A stretch of 64,000 bases of DNA from an uncultured beta proteobacterium (GCA_963784295.1 CAWAQL010000016.1:2715-66714), one strand, 5' to 3'; counted from the stretch's first letter, positions 35,728-44,955 are shown. Made by a program: numbers and translations. The notes: generated from the letters alone by a model not told the origin.

Positions 35728-35822
35728 CGAAAATATCTTCTGCTTAATCAACGACTTGGATAGACCGAAGCGCGTGCATCGCTTCGACTGTAAAAAAATC
35801 CGACACGATCTGCGCCGACCCT

Positions 35823-36896
35823 TCAGGCAACAACTTCCTGTTTACGCAGCAATGCTTTGTGCAGCAGATGCGGCGCTAGCAGGTGCAGCGGCATGCGCAG
35901 CCAGTGGCTGCGGATATATAGCAGGCCCTGCGCACTTGCGGTCCAGCGCGTGCGCAGACTGTGATGTGCCGCGGTCAAGCCGTTCATGAACAAAAAGTCC
36001 ATCCGCGGCGTCGATTCTGACGCGAATTCGCGCAGCGAGGCGTCCGGCACCGGAGTCTGCAGCACGCGCCGGGCATAGCGCAGCGCATAGGCCAGCGGCT
36101 GGCGCAGATTCATTTCGTCGGCGCGCGCCGCCAGCCGCGTCCAGAAATCATGATCATCCGAGGCGTAAGCACGCAGCAGCAGATCGAGGTCGCTCAGATC
36201 GCGCAGCCCGTGCTCCCATTCGCCCTCGTGGAACAGGTGGGTCGCGGAATGCAGTACCTGATCGAGCGCGCTTGGTATCAAGACCTGTGTCTGGCCGGCC
36301 AGCGCAGCAGCCGCCGTGATGATGCGCTCAGGGTGGGTGCGAATGCGCGCGGTCTCCGGCAGGATGTTGTGGTGCACGTCGAGCGGCGTGCGCCGGCGGT
36401 AATGCAGCATCGGCGGCAGTTCGTGCATCCAACGCCGGTAATAGCGCTGGTCGTATGCGTCGAGCTTGGCGCTGATCCAGCCAGCCATCGTCAGCGCGTG
36501 CTCGACCTCTTGGATGCGCGCCCTGGGCACCAGGATGTCGACGTCGGAAAAGGTTCGCCCGAGCGCCGCCGGCAGCCCCGCTGCCGCATACGCAGCGCCC
36601 TTGAGCAGCACGATCGGCGCGCCGGTGCGAGCAAGTGCCTGGGCGATCTGCTTGACTTCCCAATGCACGGCGCGCGTCTGCAACCGGACGCCGGTTGTGG
36701 CCGCCGTCATGTGGCGCAGCGCTGCGTCCGGAATCTGCCGCACGACGTCCAGCGCAGCCGCCTGCGCATGCAGCCGGCCGAGCAGTCCGGCGCCGTTTGC
36801 CTGCCGCACCAGCAGATCCCATTCGCCGGCGGTGAAGCCGGGCATCACACGCGCATCACGCAGTGCACGCAAAAGCGGGGAATCGAGCCAATTCAT
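35823..36896 (-). CDS. uncharacterised nucleotidyltransferase family protein (NTP_transf_5/PF14907-like)
   Basis: LLKGAAYAAAGL...GRTFSDVDILVP (G-x-x-x-S-D-x-D polymerase-beta-type NTase motif). ATGA overlap with the upstream kinase gene. Confidence 0.7.
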   Translation of the reverse strand: MNWLDSPLLRALRDARVMPGFTAGEWDLLVRQANGAGLLGRLHAQAAALDVVRQIPDAALRHMTAATTGVRLQTRAVHWEVKQIAQALARTGAPIVLLKGAAYAAAGLPAALGRTFSDVDILVPRARIQEVEHALTMAGWISAKLDAYDQRYYRRWMHELPPMLHYRRRTPLDVHHNILPETARIRTHPERIITAAAALAGQTQVLIPSALDQVLHSATHLFHEGEWEHGLRDLSDLDLLLRAYASDDHDFWTRLAARADEMNLRQPLAYALRYARRVLQTPVPDASLREFASESTPRMDFLFMNGLTAAHHSLRTRWTASAQGLLYIRSHWLRMPLHLLAPHLLHKALLRKQEVVA

Positions 36897-37801
36897 GCAA
36901 GGACCTGCGAAAACAGTCGCACTGCTTCGTCCAAGCTCGAATACTCGAAGTCGAAACACTCGCAGGCGTCGATCAGTGCCGCGTTCAGGTCGTAGCCGAC
37001 GCTGCCCAGCAACTCGTAGTTGAACGCATGGCCGGCCACGTGCATGAACGAATCGGCCCTTGGTCGCGGCGTCAGGCGCGTGGCGGCACCGGCGCGCCAG
37101 CGCGGAAACGCAATCAGGGCAGGTTTCGCCTTCTCCGCCGCGCGCCGCACACTCTCAGCCGAAGGTTTCAGGTGCGCGACAGTTCCCTTGTGCGTGTCGT
37201 GCGCGGCGTCGCCGAACACCGCCTGCGGCTCGAATGCGCGGATGATCGCGATCGAGTCGTTCTTGAGATTGATCGGCCGCGCCAGCGGTACCAACAATCC
37301 GTCATCGCGATCGAGCATGGCCATTTCGTCGGACAACAGCCGAAAGCCGGACAACGCAAGCGCCGCGGTCAACGTGCTTTTGCCCGCACCCGGATCGCCA
37401 GGCAGGATCAAGGCGCGGCCATTTTTTTCCAGCACCGCTGCATGGAGCAGCAGATAGTGATGCGCGTGTGCCGCAATGCACCAGTTCAGACCCCATTCGA
37501 GCGATGCAAAAGCGTGATCGGCCGGCAGCGGCTTGAACGGCGTCATCCCATCGAACTTGAAGACAATCTGCGGCCGCCAGAAGGCGCGCGGCCCACTCAC
37601 ACGGTCCACGCTGACCGAGAAGTCGGCGAATTCTTCGGCGGGATGCACTTCGAAATCGGCATACAGCCGCGCCAGCCCTTCGCGCACCGTTGCTTCGTGC
37701 GACACGATGCGCGTGCGAAACGGCCCGGTCTGCAACAGCAGCCCTTCTTGCAACCGTTCGCTCAGTTCGGGCCGCGTCAGATCGGCCAGCCGATGGATCA
37801 T
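36893..37801 (-). CDS. HPr-kinase-related P-loop kinase (HprK-related kinase A-like)
   Basis: HAAVLEKNGRALILPGDPGAGKSTLTAAL has a Walker A loop in an HprK C-terminal-like context, with LLSDE downstream. ATGA overlaps occur at both ends. Confidence 0.7.
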   Translation of the reverse strand: MIHRLADLTRPELSERLQEGLLLQTGPFRTRIVSHEATVREGLARLYADFEVHPAEEFADFSVSVDRVSGPRAFWRPQIVFKFDGMTPFKPLPADHAFASLEWGLNWCIAAHAHHYLLLHAAVLEKNGRALILPGDPGAGKSTLTAALALSGFRLLSDEMAMLDRDDGLLVPLARPINLKNDSIAIIRAFEPQAVFGDAAHDTHKGTVAHLKPSAESVRRAAEKAKPALIAFPRWRAGAATRLTPRPRADSFMHVAGHAFNYELLGSVGYDLNAALIDACECFDFEYSSLDEAVRLFSQVLA

Positions 37802-38220
37802 GGAACCAACTCCACGATGCCCATCTGTTGAAGTTGGGCCAGCGCTGTCTGCACGTCATCCAGATGCAGATCCACTTCCTCGGACAACACCAACGCGCTG
37901 GCCGGTGCCTCCAGGAGCCGCTGCAGCAACTGACCCACCGCTTCAGGCAAGCGATGGGTATCGCCCGAGGCCCCATGCCAGACCACATACTCGGAGTCCC
38001 AGCAGCGGAACTGCAAGCCAGCATCGGCGGCAACTTGCCAAGGGAGGCCTGGACTCACAGGAAATTTAGGATCAGACAATTGGATGGCGCGCCAACGGCC
38101 TATGGATGTCGATGAGACGATCGCCGCTGACGACGTAGGCACCCATCGCTTGGGACGCATGCCATGATTGTGTGGTCCAAGCGATCGTTGGGCAGAGACC
38201 TGCAGCATAGCGTTCGTCAT
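37798..38220 (-). CDS. PqqD-family (RiPP recognition element-like) small protein with an apparent N-terminal extension
   Basis: The C-terminal 85 aa (FRCWDSEYVVWHGASGDTHRLPEAVGQLLQRLLEAP...LHLDDVQTALAQLQQMGIVELV) have the PqqD/RRE winged-helix pattern. The start is uncertain (38220, 38160 or further in). Confidence 0.65.
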   Translation of the reverse strand: MTNAMLQVSAQRSLGPHNHGMRPKRWVPTSSAAIVSSTSIGRWRAIQLSDPKFPVSPGLPWQVAADAGLQFRCWDSEYVVWHGASGDTHRLPEAVGQLLQRLLEAPASALVLSEEVDLHLDDVQTALAQLQQMGIVELVP

Positions 38221-38270
38221 GCCGTCAAACGCGCCACTCAGCCGATGCTCGCGCTGTGTTTACATGATTT

Positions 38271-39584
38271 ATGCCCGAAAGCTCCCCCATCAAATCATTC
38301 GATGTCGCCATCATCGGCGCCGGCGCTGCCGGGCTGTACTGCGCTGCGATTGCCGGCCGGCTCGGGCTGTCGGTGCTGTTGCTGGACCACGCACCGAAGA
38401 TCGCCGAGAAGATTCGGATATCCGGCGGAGGACGCTGCAACTTCACGAATCGCGCCATCGATCCAGCCGCGCCGGAACGCCACTTCGTGAGCAACACTCC
38501 GAAATTTTGCCGGTCTGCGCTGTCACGTCACACCGCGCAGGACTTCATCGATCTGCTGCAGCGGCACGGCATTGCTTATCACGAAAAGCACAAAGGCCAG
38601 CTCTTTTGCAACCGATCGGCTCAAGACGTGATCGATTTGTTGCTGGCCGAATGCGCGGCGGGTGGCGTCACCCGCTGGCAACCCTGCAATGTCAAACGCA
38701 TCGATCAAATCAGCTCGGGCGCAGACAGCATCTCGGGATCCAGCTATAGTATCAATAGCGACACAGGCACGATTCGTAGCCGATTCGTCGTCATCGCGAC
38801 GGGGGGTTTGTCGATACCGAAGATCGGCGCGAGTGGCTTTGGCTATGCGGTGGCGCGGCAATTCAAGCTGCGCGTGGTCGAGCCGCGGCCGGCGTTGGTT
38901 CCCCTGACCTTCGACGGGCCGCAGTGGCGGTCTTTTGCCGAGCTCGCCGGTCTTGCGCTGGCGGTGCGCATCGAAACCGCGCAGGACAAAAAACGCCGAG
39001 CCAGCTTCAGCGAAGACTTGCTGTTTACCCACAAAGGGCTGAGCGGGCCGGCGGCGCTGCAGATCTCGAGCTACTGGCACGCAGGGCAAGCGTTGACGGT
39101 CGACCTGTTGCCCAGCATCGACGCAGCAGCTGCACTGTCGCGCGCCAAGACCGCGTCGCAACGCACGTTGGCGAACGAGCTCGCAGCGCTGCTTCCCGCG
39201 CGGCTTGCGGCTGCCTGGGCGCAAAACACGCCCACGGCGACGCGCCGCATGAACGAAGTGCCTCAGAAGGCGATCGAGGCGCTGGCGCAGCAGCTGTCGG
39301 CTTGGCAACTCACGCCGAACGGCACTGAGGGCTGGAACAAGGCGGAAGTCACGGCCGGCGGGGTCGATACCCGGGATCTGTCGTCCCGCACGATGGAGTC
39401 GCGTCAGCGTGGGCTGTACTTCATCGGCGAAGTCGTGGACGTCACTGGTTGGCTGGGTGGCTATAACTTTCAATGGGCGTGGTCAAGCGCGCATGCCTGT
39501 GCGCAGGCGATGGCTGAAGCACTTGCCGACGAAGCCGCTGGGAAGGCGCCGGCGGCTGCTGGAAACCAACCCGCTACAATCTAG
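38271..39584 (+). CDS. HI0933/BaiN-family FAD-dependent oxidoreductase
   Basis: FDVAIIGAGAAGLYCA (dinucleotide-binding fold), ISGGGRCNFTN and GEVVDVTGWLGGYNFQWAWSS are family hallmarks. Confidence 0.85.
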   Translation: MPESSPIKSFDVAIIGAGAAGLYCAAIAGRLGLSVLLLDHAPKIAEKIRISGGGRCNFTNRAIDPAAPERHFVSNTPKFCRSALSRHTAQDFIDLLQRHGIAYHEKHKGQLFCNRSAQDVIDLLLAECAAGGVTRWQPCNVKRIDQISSGADSISGSSYSINSDTGTIRSRFVVIATGGLSIPKIGASGFGYAVARQFKLRVVEPRPALVPLTFDGPQWRSFAELAGLALAVRIETAQDKKRRASFSEDLLFTHKGLSGPAALQISSYWHAGQALTVDLLPSIDAAAALSRAKTASQRTLANELAALLPARLAAAWAQNTPTATRRMNEVPQKAIEALAQQLSAWQLTPNGTEGWNKAEVTAGGVDTRDLSSRTMESRQRGLYFIGEVVDVTGWLGGYNFQWAWSSAHACAQAMAEALADEAAGKAPAAAGNQPATI

Positions 39585-39859
39585 GGCTTTGCTGCAATTC
39601 GCTGGCGCGCAACCGCAAAGGCGGCCAGGGGCCAATTGAACCGATGCCGAGCACGCCCTTCCAGCCAGCTGAGGCCGGTTGACTGAAGAGACGGGCCGAA
39701 GGCAGACCGCACTTTTGGTCTGTTCTGGCTGCGCCTTGCATTGCATTTCCTGGTTCCGAGTGCGCAGGCCGTTCTATTAGATCTTGGCGGTTGAGAAGTC
39801 GGCGCACCCGAACGAGTTTCCTTGTTGTTTCAGATTCAGATCCACACTCATTCCTACCG

Positions 39860-40072
39860 ATGACCACCATTCGCGTCAAAGAAAACGAGCCGTTCGACGT
39901 TGCCCTGCGCCGATTCAAACGCACCATTGAAAAACTGGGCCTGTTGACGGATTTGCGTGCGCGCGAGTTCTATGAGAAGCCGACCGCTGAGCGCAAGCGC
40001 AAGAAGGCGGCGGCAGTAAAGCGTCATTACAAGCGCGTGCGCAGCATGCAGCTGCCGAAGAAGCTTTACTGA
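39860..40072 (+). CDS. rpsU: 30S ribosomal protein S21
   Basis: [49 protein letters not shown]. 70 aa. Confidence 0.95.
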
Positions 40073-40190
40073 TTCTTTCGAACGGCTGGAGTGGTTTTGT
40101 GAAGCCACTCTGGGTGATTCTTCCGGTTCACAAGCTGGCTCGCCTGGTGGACACTCGGCGGGCTTTTTTGACTTCTCGCCAAGGGCCAAG

Positions 40191-40640
40191 ATGCTCAAAG
40201 ACCAAATCACGGAAGACATGAAAACCGCGATGCGCGCCCGTGATGCGCATCGGCTGGGCACCATTCGGTTGTTGCTCGCGGCAGTCAAGCAAAGAGAAAT
40301 TGATGAGCGAGTCGAACTCGACGACGCCGCCGTGGTGCAGATCGTGGACCGCCTGCTCAAACAACGCAAAGACAGCGTGGCTGCGTTCACCCAAGCGGGT
40401 CGCATCGATCTTGCCGACAACGAACGCGCAGAAATGACGGTGCTCGAGGCCTACCTGCCACTGCGGCTGGATGCCGCCGCGGTCGAGTCGGAAGTTCGGG
40501 CGATCATGGCCGACATCGGTGCTGCCGGCCCGGCCGACATGGGCAAGGCCATGGCCGCTGCGAAGGCAAAACTTGGCGGTCAGGCCGATTTGGCGTTGGT
40601 GTCTGCGGCGGTCAAACGGGCATTGGCGCCGAACCCTTGA
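40191..40640 (+). CDS. yqeY: GatB/YqeY domain protein
   Basis: MLKDQITEDMKTAMRARD..LGTIRLLLAAVKQREID...LEAYLP...MGKAMAAAKAKLGGQAD. Confidence 0.9.
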   Translation: MLKDQITEDMKTAMRARDAHRLGTIRLLLAAVKQREIDERVELDDAAVVQIVDRLLKQRKDSVAAFTQAGRIDLADNERAEMTVLEAYLPLRLDAAAVESEVRAIMADIGAAGPADMGKAMAAAKAKLGGQADLALVSAAVKRALAPNP

Positions 40641-40922
40641 GCGCATTCTCGGAGCAACGGCCCGGCAACGCCCGCTTCCACGTTTCAAGTCGATAGCACA
40701 AGGAAAGCGGCACAGCTTCCAACCCACCCGCCACGGCAATTGTTCGTCGATGCGAGCCTGTCGTTCAGAACGCGTACTACCATGTGGCACGGCTCTGGAT
40801 CGACGCCGCACTGGAATGAGCTCTGCTGGGCAATCTGCGGCGTCGCTGCCCTCCCAATCTCAAAATGCCGCTTCAGGCAACCGGTTGCGAAACGCCAGGT
40901 TCGACGCGCCGGCCTCCTGGGT

Positions 40923-41651
40923 TCAACGGGTCTTCGGGCGACGCGCCGAGGTCGCTGGGGCCACAGACGCGGCGGGGACTTCAGCGGGCGTAGTGGTCGC
41001 GGCCGACGTCGGCTCGTCAAACAGGCTCTGTGCCGGGGTGCGCTTCATCGAATCGGCAACCTGCAACTGGCTGGGGTTCTGGCATTCGTCGGCGAGCCGT
41101 TGGCCCACTTTCTGATTCATCAGCATTGACTTGTTGGCCAGTTGCAGCCAGACCACGCCCGATTGTTCGTCTTCGAGCCGAATGGCACCGGTCTTGGTCT
41201 CGACCGGAGACATGCGAAAGTGCAGTTTCTGCAGCTCGAGCTCGAAGTGACCGGGTGCCTTCGGATCGGGGGTCAGACTCACGACATTGCCGAGTTCGCA
41301 TGGCATCCGGCCTGTGTACACGCGGTCTGCCAACTCGAGTTCTGCAGGCGTCAGTGCCCGGTCGGCTGCCCGCGTGCCTGCGGCCACTTGTCCAGCCATG
41401 CTGCGCAGTTCGTCGCGGTCGCTGGCATCGTTCAGCGATGTCGCTTTTTTGCTCCTCGTCTTGGTGCTGCCCGCACTGCGCTTGGAAGTGGCCGTGGCCT
41501 TGGTGGATTTCGCTACTCCCGATTTGGTTGCCGGGTTGGCGCTGGCGCGCGTGGACGTCTGGACAACTTTCTTTGGCGTCGGATTGGCGGTTTCGGCGGT
41601 CGCCAGGACCGGGGCCAGCGCGATCAATGTGGCGATGAGCAGTGACTTCAT
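40923..41651 (-). CDS. secreted hypothetical protein (signal peptide, Lys/Ser/Thr-rich linker, C-terminal globular part)
   Basis: MKSLLIATLIALAPVLATAE is a signal peptide. No family was recognised. Confidence 0.55.
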   Translation of the reverse strand: MKSLLIATLIALAPVLATAETANPTPKKVVQTSTRASANPATKSGVAKSTKATATSKRSAGSTKTRSKKATSLNDASDRDELRSMAGQVAAGTRAADRALTPAELELADRVYTGRMPCELGNVVSLTPDPKAPGHFELELQKLHFRMSPVETKTGAIRLEDEQSGVVWLQLANKSMLMNQKVGQRLADECQNPSQLQVADSMKRTPAQSLFDEPTSAATTTPAEVPAASVAPATSARRPKTR

Positions 41652-41754
41652 GGGTGGGTTCTTGCTGAAGGGATTGGAAAACGAATGAATAGAGGGGTCG
41701 GTGGGGCGATGTGAGCGAACGCTGCAGCTCCATCGCAGACCATCCCCGGACGGT

Positions 41755-42762
41755 TCAAGCGGCGGCTCGCTCAGTGGCCGGCTCGAAGTACCGCGCCGCC
41801 TCACTCGGCAAGCGCCTGCCGGTCCGATGTGCGCGTTCGAGCACCTGCCAGAAATAGCGATAGCTCGCGCGGTCGTGCAGCTGCCCGTCCATGGCGATGG
41901 GGGCAAAGTCGGCCTGCTGGGCGGCTGTCAGGATGCGCGTGGCAGCATCGATTTCCTTTGCGCCGGGTGCCATGGCCTCAAGAATCGGGCGGATTTGCGC
42001 GGGATGAATGCTCCACATCCGGGTGTAGCCGAATTCATCGGCGGCACGGGCCGCTGCGTCGCGCATTGCCGTCGCATCGGAAAATTCGGTGACCACGCAG
42101 TGGGAAGGCGTCTTGGCCGACGCATGGCAGGCCGATGCAATCTCGAGCTTGGCGCGCCGCACCAACGGATGCGTGAACTGGCCCGCCGACGACATGCCGG
42201 AGGCGGGGATGGCGCCGCCATGGGAAGAGACGAAGTCCATCAGCCCGAAGCTCAGCGATTGCACGCGCGGATGCACAGCGATCTCATGCGCGCGGTGTAC
42301 CGCACCAGGCGACTCGATCAGCGCATGCACCGGGATCTGGCAGTGCACACCGTGCTGTGCGTCAATCGACCGAAGCGCGCGTTCCACTTCCTGCACGGAC
42401 TCGACTTTTGGCAGCATGAGGTGCGAAAGACGCGCGCCCGCCTGGCCGACAATGAGCGCCACATCCTGCTCGAACGCGGGGTGATCGATCGGGTGCACGC
42501 GCACTGCGACCCGTGCGTTGGCCGGGGCTTGCAGCAACAGCTCGATCACCAGCGCCGCGTGTTCGGCTTCCCCGCCCACAGGCGCACCGTCTTCGCAATC
42601 GAGGCTGACGTCGAACACGCAGGTGCCGAATTCTTCGGTCATCTCGGCTTGCAGCTGCAAACTCTTGCGCATGCGGGCTTCGACCCCGCTGTAGTGGTCA
42701 CAGACCGGCAGCACCATCGTCGCGGCTTGCGGCCCGAGCAGGACGTCGCGGGGATGGCTCAT
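41755..42762 (-). CDS. HpcH/HpaI aldolase / citrate lyase beta (CitE)-like family protein
   Basis: DCEDGAP, LMLPKVESVQEV and WSIHPAQI are motifs typical of the CitE/malyl-CoA lyase superfamily. Confidence 0.75.
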   Translation of the reverse strand: MSHPRDVLLGPQAATMVLPVCDHYSGVEARMRKSLQLQAEMTEEFGTCVFDVSLDCEDGAPVGGEAEHAALVIELLLQAPANARVAVRVHPIDHPAFEQDVALIVGQAGARLSHLMLPKVESVQEVERALRSIDAQHGVHCQIPVHALIESPGAVHRAHEIAVHPRVQSLSFGLMDFVSSHGGAIPASGMSSAGQFTHPLVRRAKLEIASACHASAKTPSHCVVTEFSDATAMRDAAARAADEFGYTRMWSIHPAQIRPILEAMAPGAKEIDAATRILTAAQQADFAPIAMDGQLHDRASYRYFWQVLERAHRTGRRLPSEAARYFEPATERAAA

Positions 42763-42817
42763 ATGCTTAGCAAACTCTGCTCCAGGGCATGCCACCGACG
42801 CGCGCTTCGTGGCCCGC

Positions 42818-43804
42818 TCAAAGCAGATGCGCAACGCCGGCTTGCTCGTCGGTCAATTCCTTGAGCGTCTTGTCGATGCGCTGCTGGCTGAACTCGTCGA
42901 TCGTCAACCCTTGGACGATCCGATACTTGCCGTCTTGGGTGGTGACGGGAAAGCCGAAAATCACGTCTTTCGGAATGCCGTATTCGCCGTTCGACGGCAC
43001 GCCCATTGTGACCCAATTGCCGTTGCTGCCGAGCGCCCAGTCGCGCATGTGGTCGATCGCCGCATTGGCGGCCGAGGCAGCCGAGGAACTGCCGCGCGCA
43101 TCGATGATGGCCGCACCGCGCTTGCCCACCGTCGGCAGAAACACATCGGCGTTCCACACCTGGTCGTTGATCAGGTCCTTGACGGCCTTGCCTTTCGCGG
43201 TGGCGAACCGGTAGTCGGCGTACATGGTGGGCGAATGGTTGCCCCAGACGGTCAGCTTTTCGATGTCCGCCACGGCGGCGCCGATCTTCTCTGCCACTTG
43301 GGACAGCGCGCGGTTGTGGTCGAGGCGCAGCATCGCCGTGAAGTTCTCGCGCGGCAGATTCGGCGCGCTCTTCATCGCGATGTAGGCGTTGGTGTTGGCC
43401 GGGTTGCCCACCACCAGCACCTTCACATTGCGGCTGGCCACCGCATCCAGCGCCTTGCCCTGCGCGGTGAAGATCTTGCCGTTGACGGCCAGCAGCTCGG
43501 CCCGCTCCATCCCTGCCTTGCGCGGCATCGAGCCGACCAGCAACGCGTAATCGGTGTCTTTGAACGCAGCCATCGGATCATCGTGGGCTTCCATGCCGAC
43601 CAACAGTGGAAACGCGCAGTCCTGCAGCTCCATCATCACGCCCCGCAACGCTTTCTGCGGGCCTTCGACCGGCACTTCGAGAAGTTGCAAGATGACCGGC
43701 TGGTCTTTGCCCAGCATTTCGCCCGAGGCGATGCGAAACACCAGCGCATAGCCGATCTGGCCTGCGGCGCCGGTCACGGCCACGCGTACGGGTTTTTTGC
43801 TCAT
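42818..43804 (-). CDS. mdh: malate dehydrogenase
   Basis: [32 protein letters not shown] and [12 protein letters not shown]. 328 aa, LDH-like MDH type. Confidence 0.95.
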   Translation of the reverse strand: MSKKPVRVAVTGAAGQIGYALVFRIASGEMLGKDQPVILQLLEVPVEGPQKALRGVMMELQDCAFPLLVGMEAHDDPMAAFKDTDYALLVGSMPRKAGMERAELLAVNGKIFTAQGKALDAVASRNVKVLVVGNPANTNAYIAMKSAPNLPRENFTAMLRLDHNRALSQVAEKIGAAVADIEKLTVWGNHSPTMYADYRFATAKGKAVKDLINDQVWNADVFLPTVGKRGAAIIDARGSSSAASAANAAIDHMRDWALGSNGNWVTMGVPSNGEYGIPKDVIFGFPVTTQDGKYRIVQGLTIDEFSQQRIDKTLKELTDEQAGVAHLL

Positions 43805-43941
43805 CTTGTTGCCACTCCATTGGGTTGTGTCGGGACAGGTCGGGGATCGCGCTGCGCCTTGGGCGTACGAGCATTGGACCTGCGAAAAGTGCGGGTTAGT
43901 TTAGCGCCGAGGTCACCCTGCCACCGGCGGGTTATCTTCTG

Positions 43942-43953
43942 TCTTATATAAGA
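43942..43953. promoter_or_regulatory. perfect 12-bp palindrome TCTTATATAAGA, candidate GntR-family operator in the mdh/gntR divergent region
   Basis: It lies in an AT-rich patch 25 nt upstream of the GntR start. A GTCTTAT half-site recurs just before the sdhC start (about 44946-44952). Confidence 0.4.
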
Positions 43954-43977
43954 TAAAGGATAGGATTACCGACCGCC

Positions 43978-44820
43978 ATGAAACCCGCATCCGCACCCTT
44001 CCACCCCCCCGAAGACTTCGCAGGGCAGAGGCCTGCGCGCCTTTCAGACGGGGCCGAGGGCGCTGCAAGCGACCCGGGCTCGGTGGCCGCCGCAACGCCG
44101 TCGTTCAGCCCGCTTTATCGTCAAATCAAATTGTTGGTGCTGGGCGACTTGGAGACTGGGCAATGGCGGCCCGGAGAAGCCATTCCGAGCGAACTCGAAC
44201 TGGCGGCACGTTTTCGGGTGAGTCAAGGCACCGTGCGAAAAGCCATCGACGAACTTGCTGCCGACAACCTGCTGATTCGTCGCCAGGGCAAGGGCACGTA
44301 CGTCGCCACGCATGCCGAGCGGCAAACCGAATATCGCTTCTTGAAGTTGGTGCCCGATCACGGGGATCCATCGAGCGAAGGGCCGGCCGAGCGACGCATC
44401 GTCGGGTGCTGGCGGCTGCCGGCGGATGCAACGGTGGCCATGGCACTCGGCTTGGGCCACGGCCAATCGGTGGTTCAAGCGCGGCGCGTTTTGTCATTTG
44501 CAAATGTGCCGACCATCCTCGAAGACATCTGGTTGCCAGCGGAGCCTTTCGAAGGCCTGACGACCCGACGCTTGGCCGATTACCACGGCTCGATGTATGC
44601 GCTGTTCGAAGCGGAATTCGGTGTGCGCATGGTGCGTGCCGATGAAAAAATCCGCGCCGTGGTGGCCGACGCCGCACAGGCGCAACTGTTGCAGATGCTG
44701 CCTGGCGAGCCACTGCTTCAGGTCGAACGGGTTGCGTGCACTTATCAGGACGTGCGAATGGAGTTGCGCCGTGGATGGTATCGCACCGACACCCATCACT
44801 ATCGCAACGAACTCGGTTGA
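43978..44820 (+). CDS. GntR-family transcriptional regulator (HutC/UTRA-type)
   Basis: The wHTH is PSELELAARFRVSQGTVRKAIDELAADNLLIRRQGKGTYV, followed by a C-terminal UTRA-like domain. It lies upstream of sdhCDAB. Confidence 0.85.
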   Translation: MKPASAPFHPPEDFAGQRPARLSDGAEGAASDPGSVAAATPSFSPLYRQIKLLVLGDLETGQWRPGEAIPSELELAARFRVSQGTVRKAIDELAADNLLIRRQGKGTYVATHAERQTEYRFLKLVPDHGDPSSEGPAERRIVGCWRLPADATVAMALGLGHGQSVVQARRVLSFANVPTILEDIWLPAEPFEGLTTRRLADYHGSMYALFEAEFGVRMVRADEKIRAVVADAAQAQLLQMLPGEPLLQVERVACTYQDVRMELRRGWYRTDTHHYRNELG

Positions 44821-44955
44821 ATGTTCGAATTCGCAATCCGCTCAAGTAGCTAGCAAGGCAATCGGGTGATTGCGCTTGCAATAAAATTTTGCAAATGGCA
44901 ACGCCGTCTTCACAAGGCGGCGTGCCGATAATTTTTTCCCATCAAGGTCTTATTC

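Noticed and set aside
35767-35798. Hairpin GAAGCG-N7-CGCTTC next to an A7/T7 run, considered as the terminator of the nucleotidyltransferase gene.
   Set aside because: On the transcribed (minus) strand the T-run precedes the stem. On the plus strand the stem is followed by A residues. Neither orientation gives an intrinsic terminator.
40641-40922. Possible decayed dnaG fragment after yqeY.
   Set aside because: Translations in all plus-strand frames show no resemblance to the DnaG zinc-finger N-terminus (CPFHxEKxPSF).
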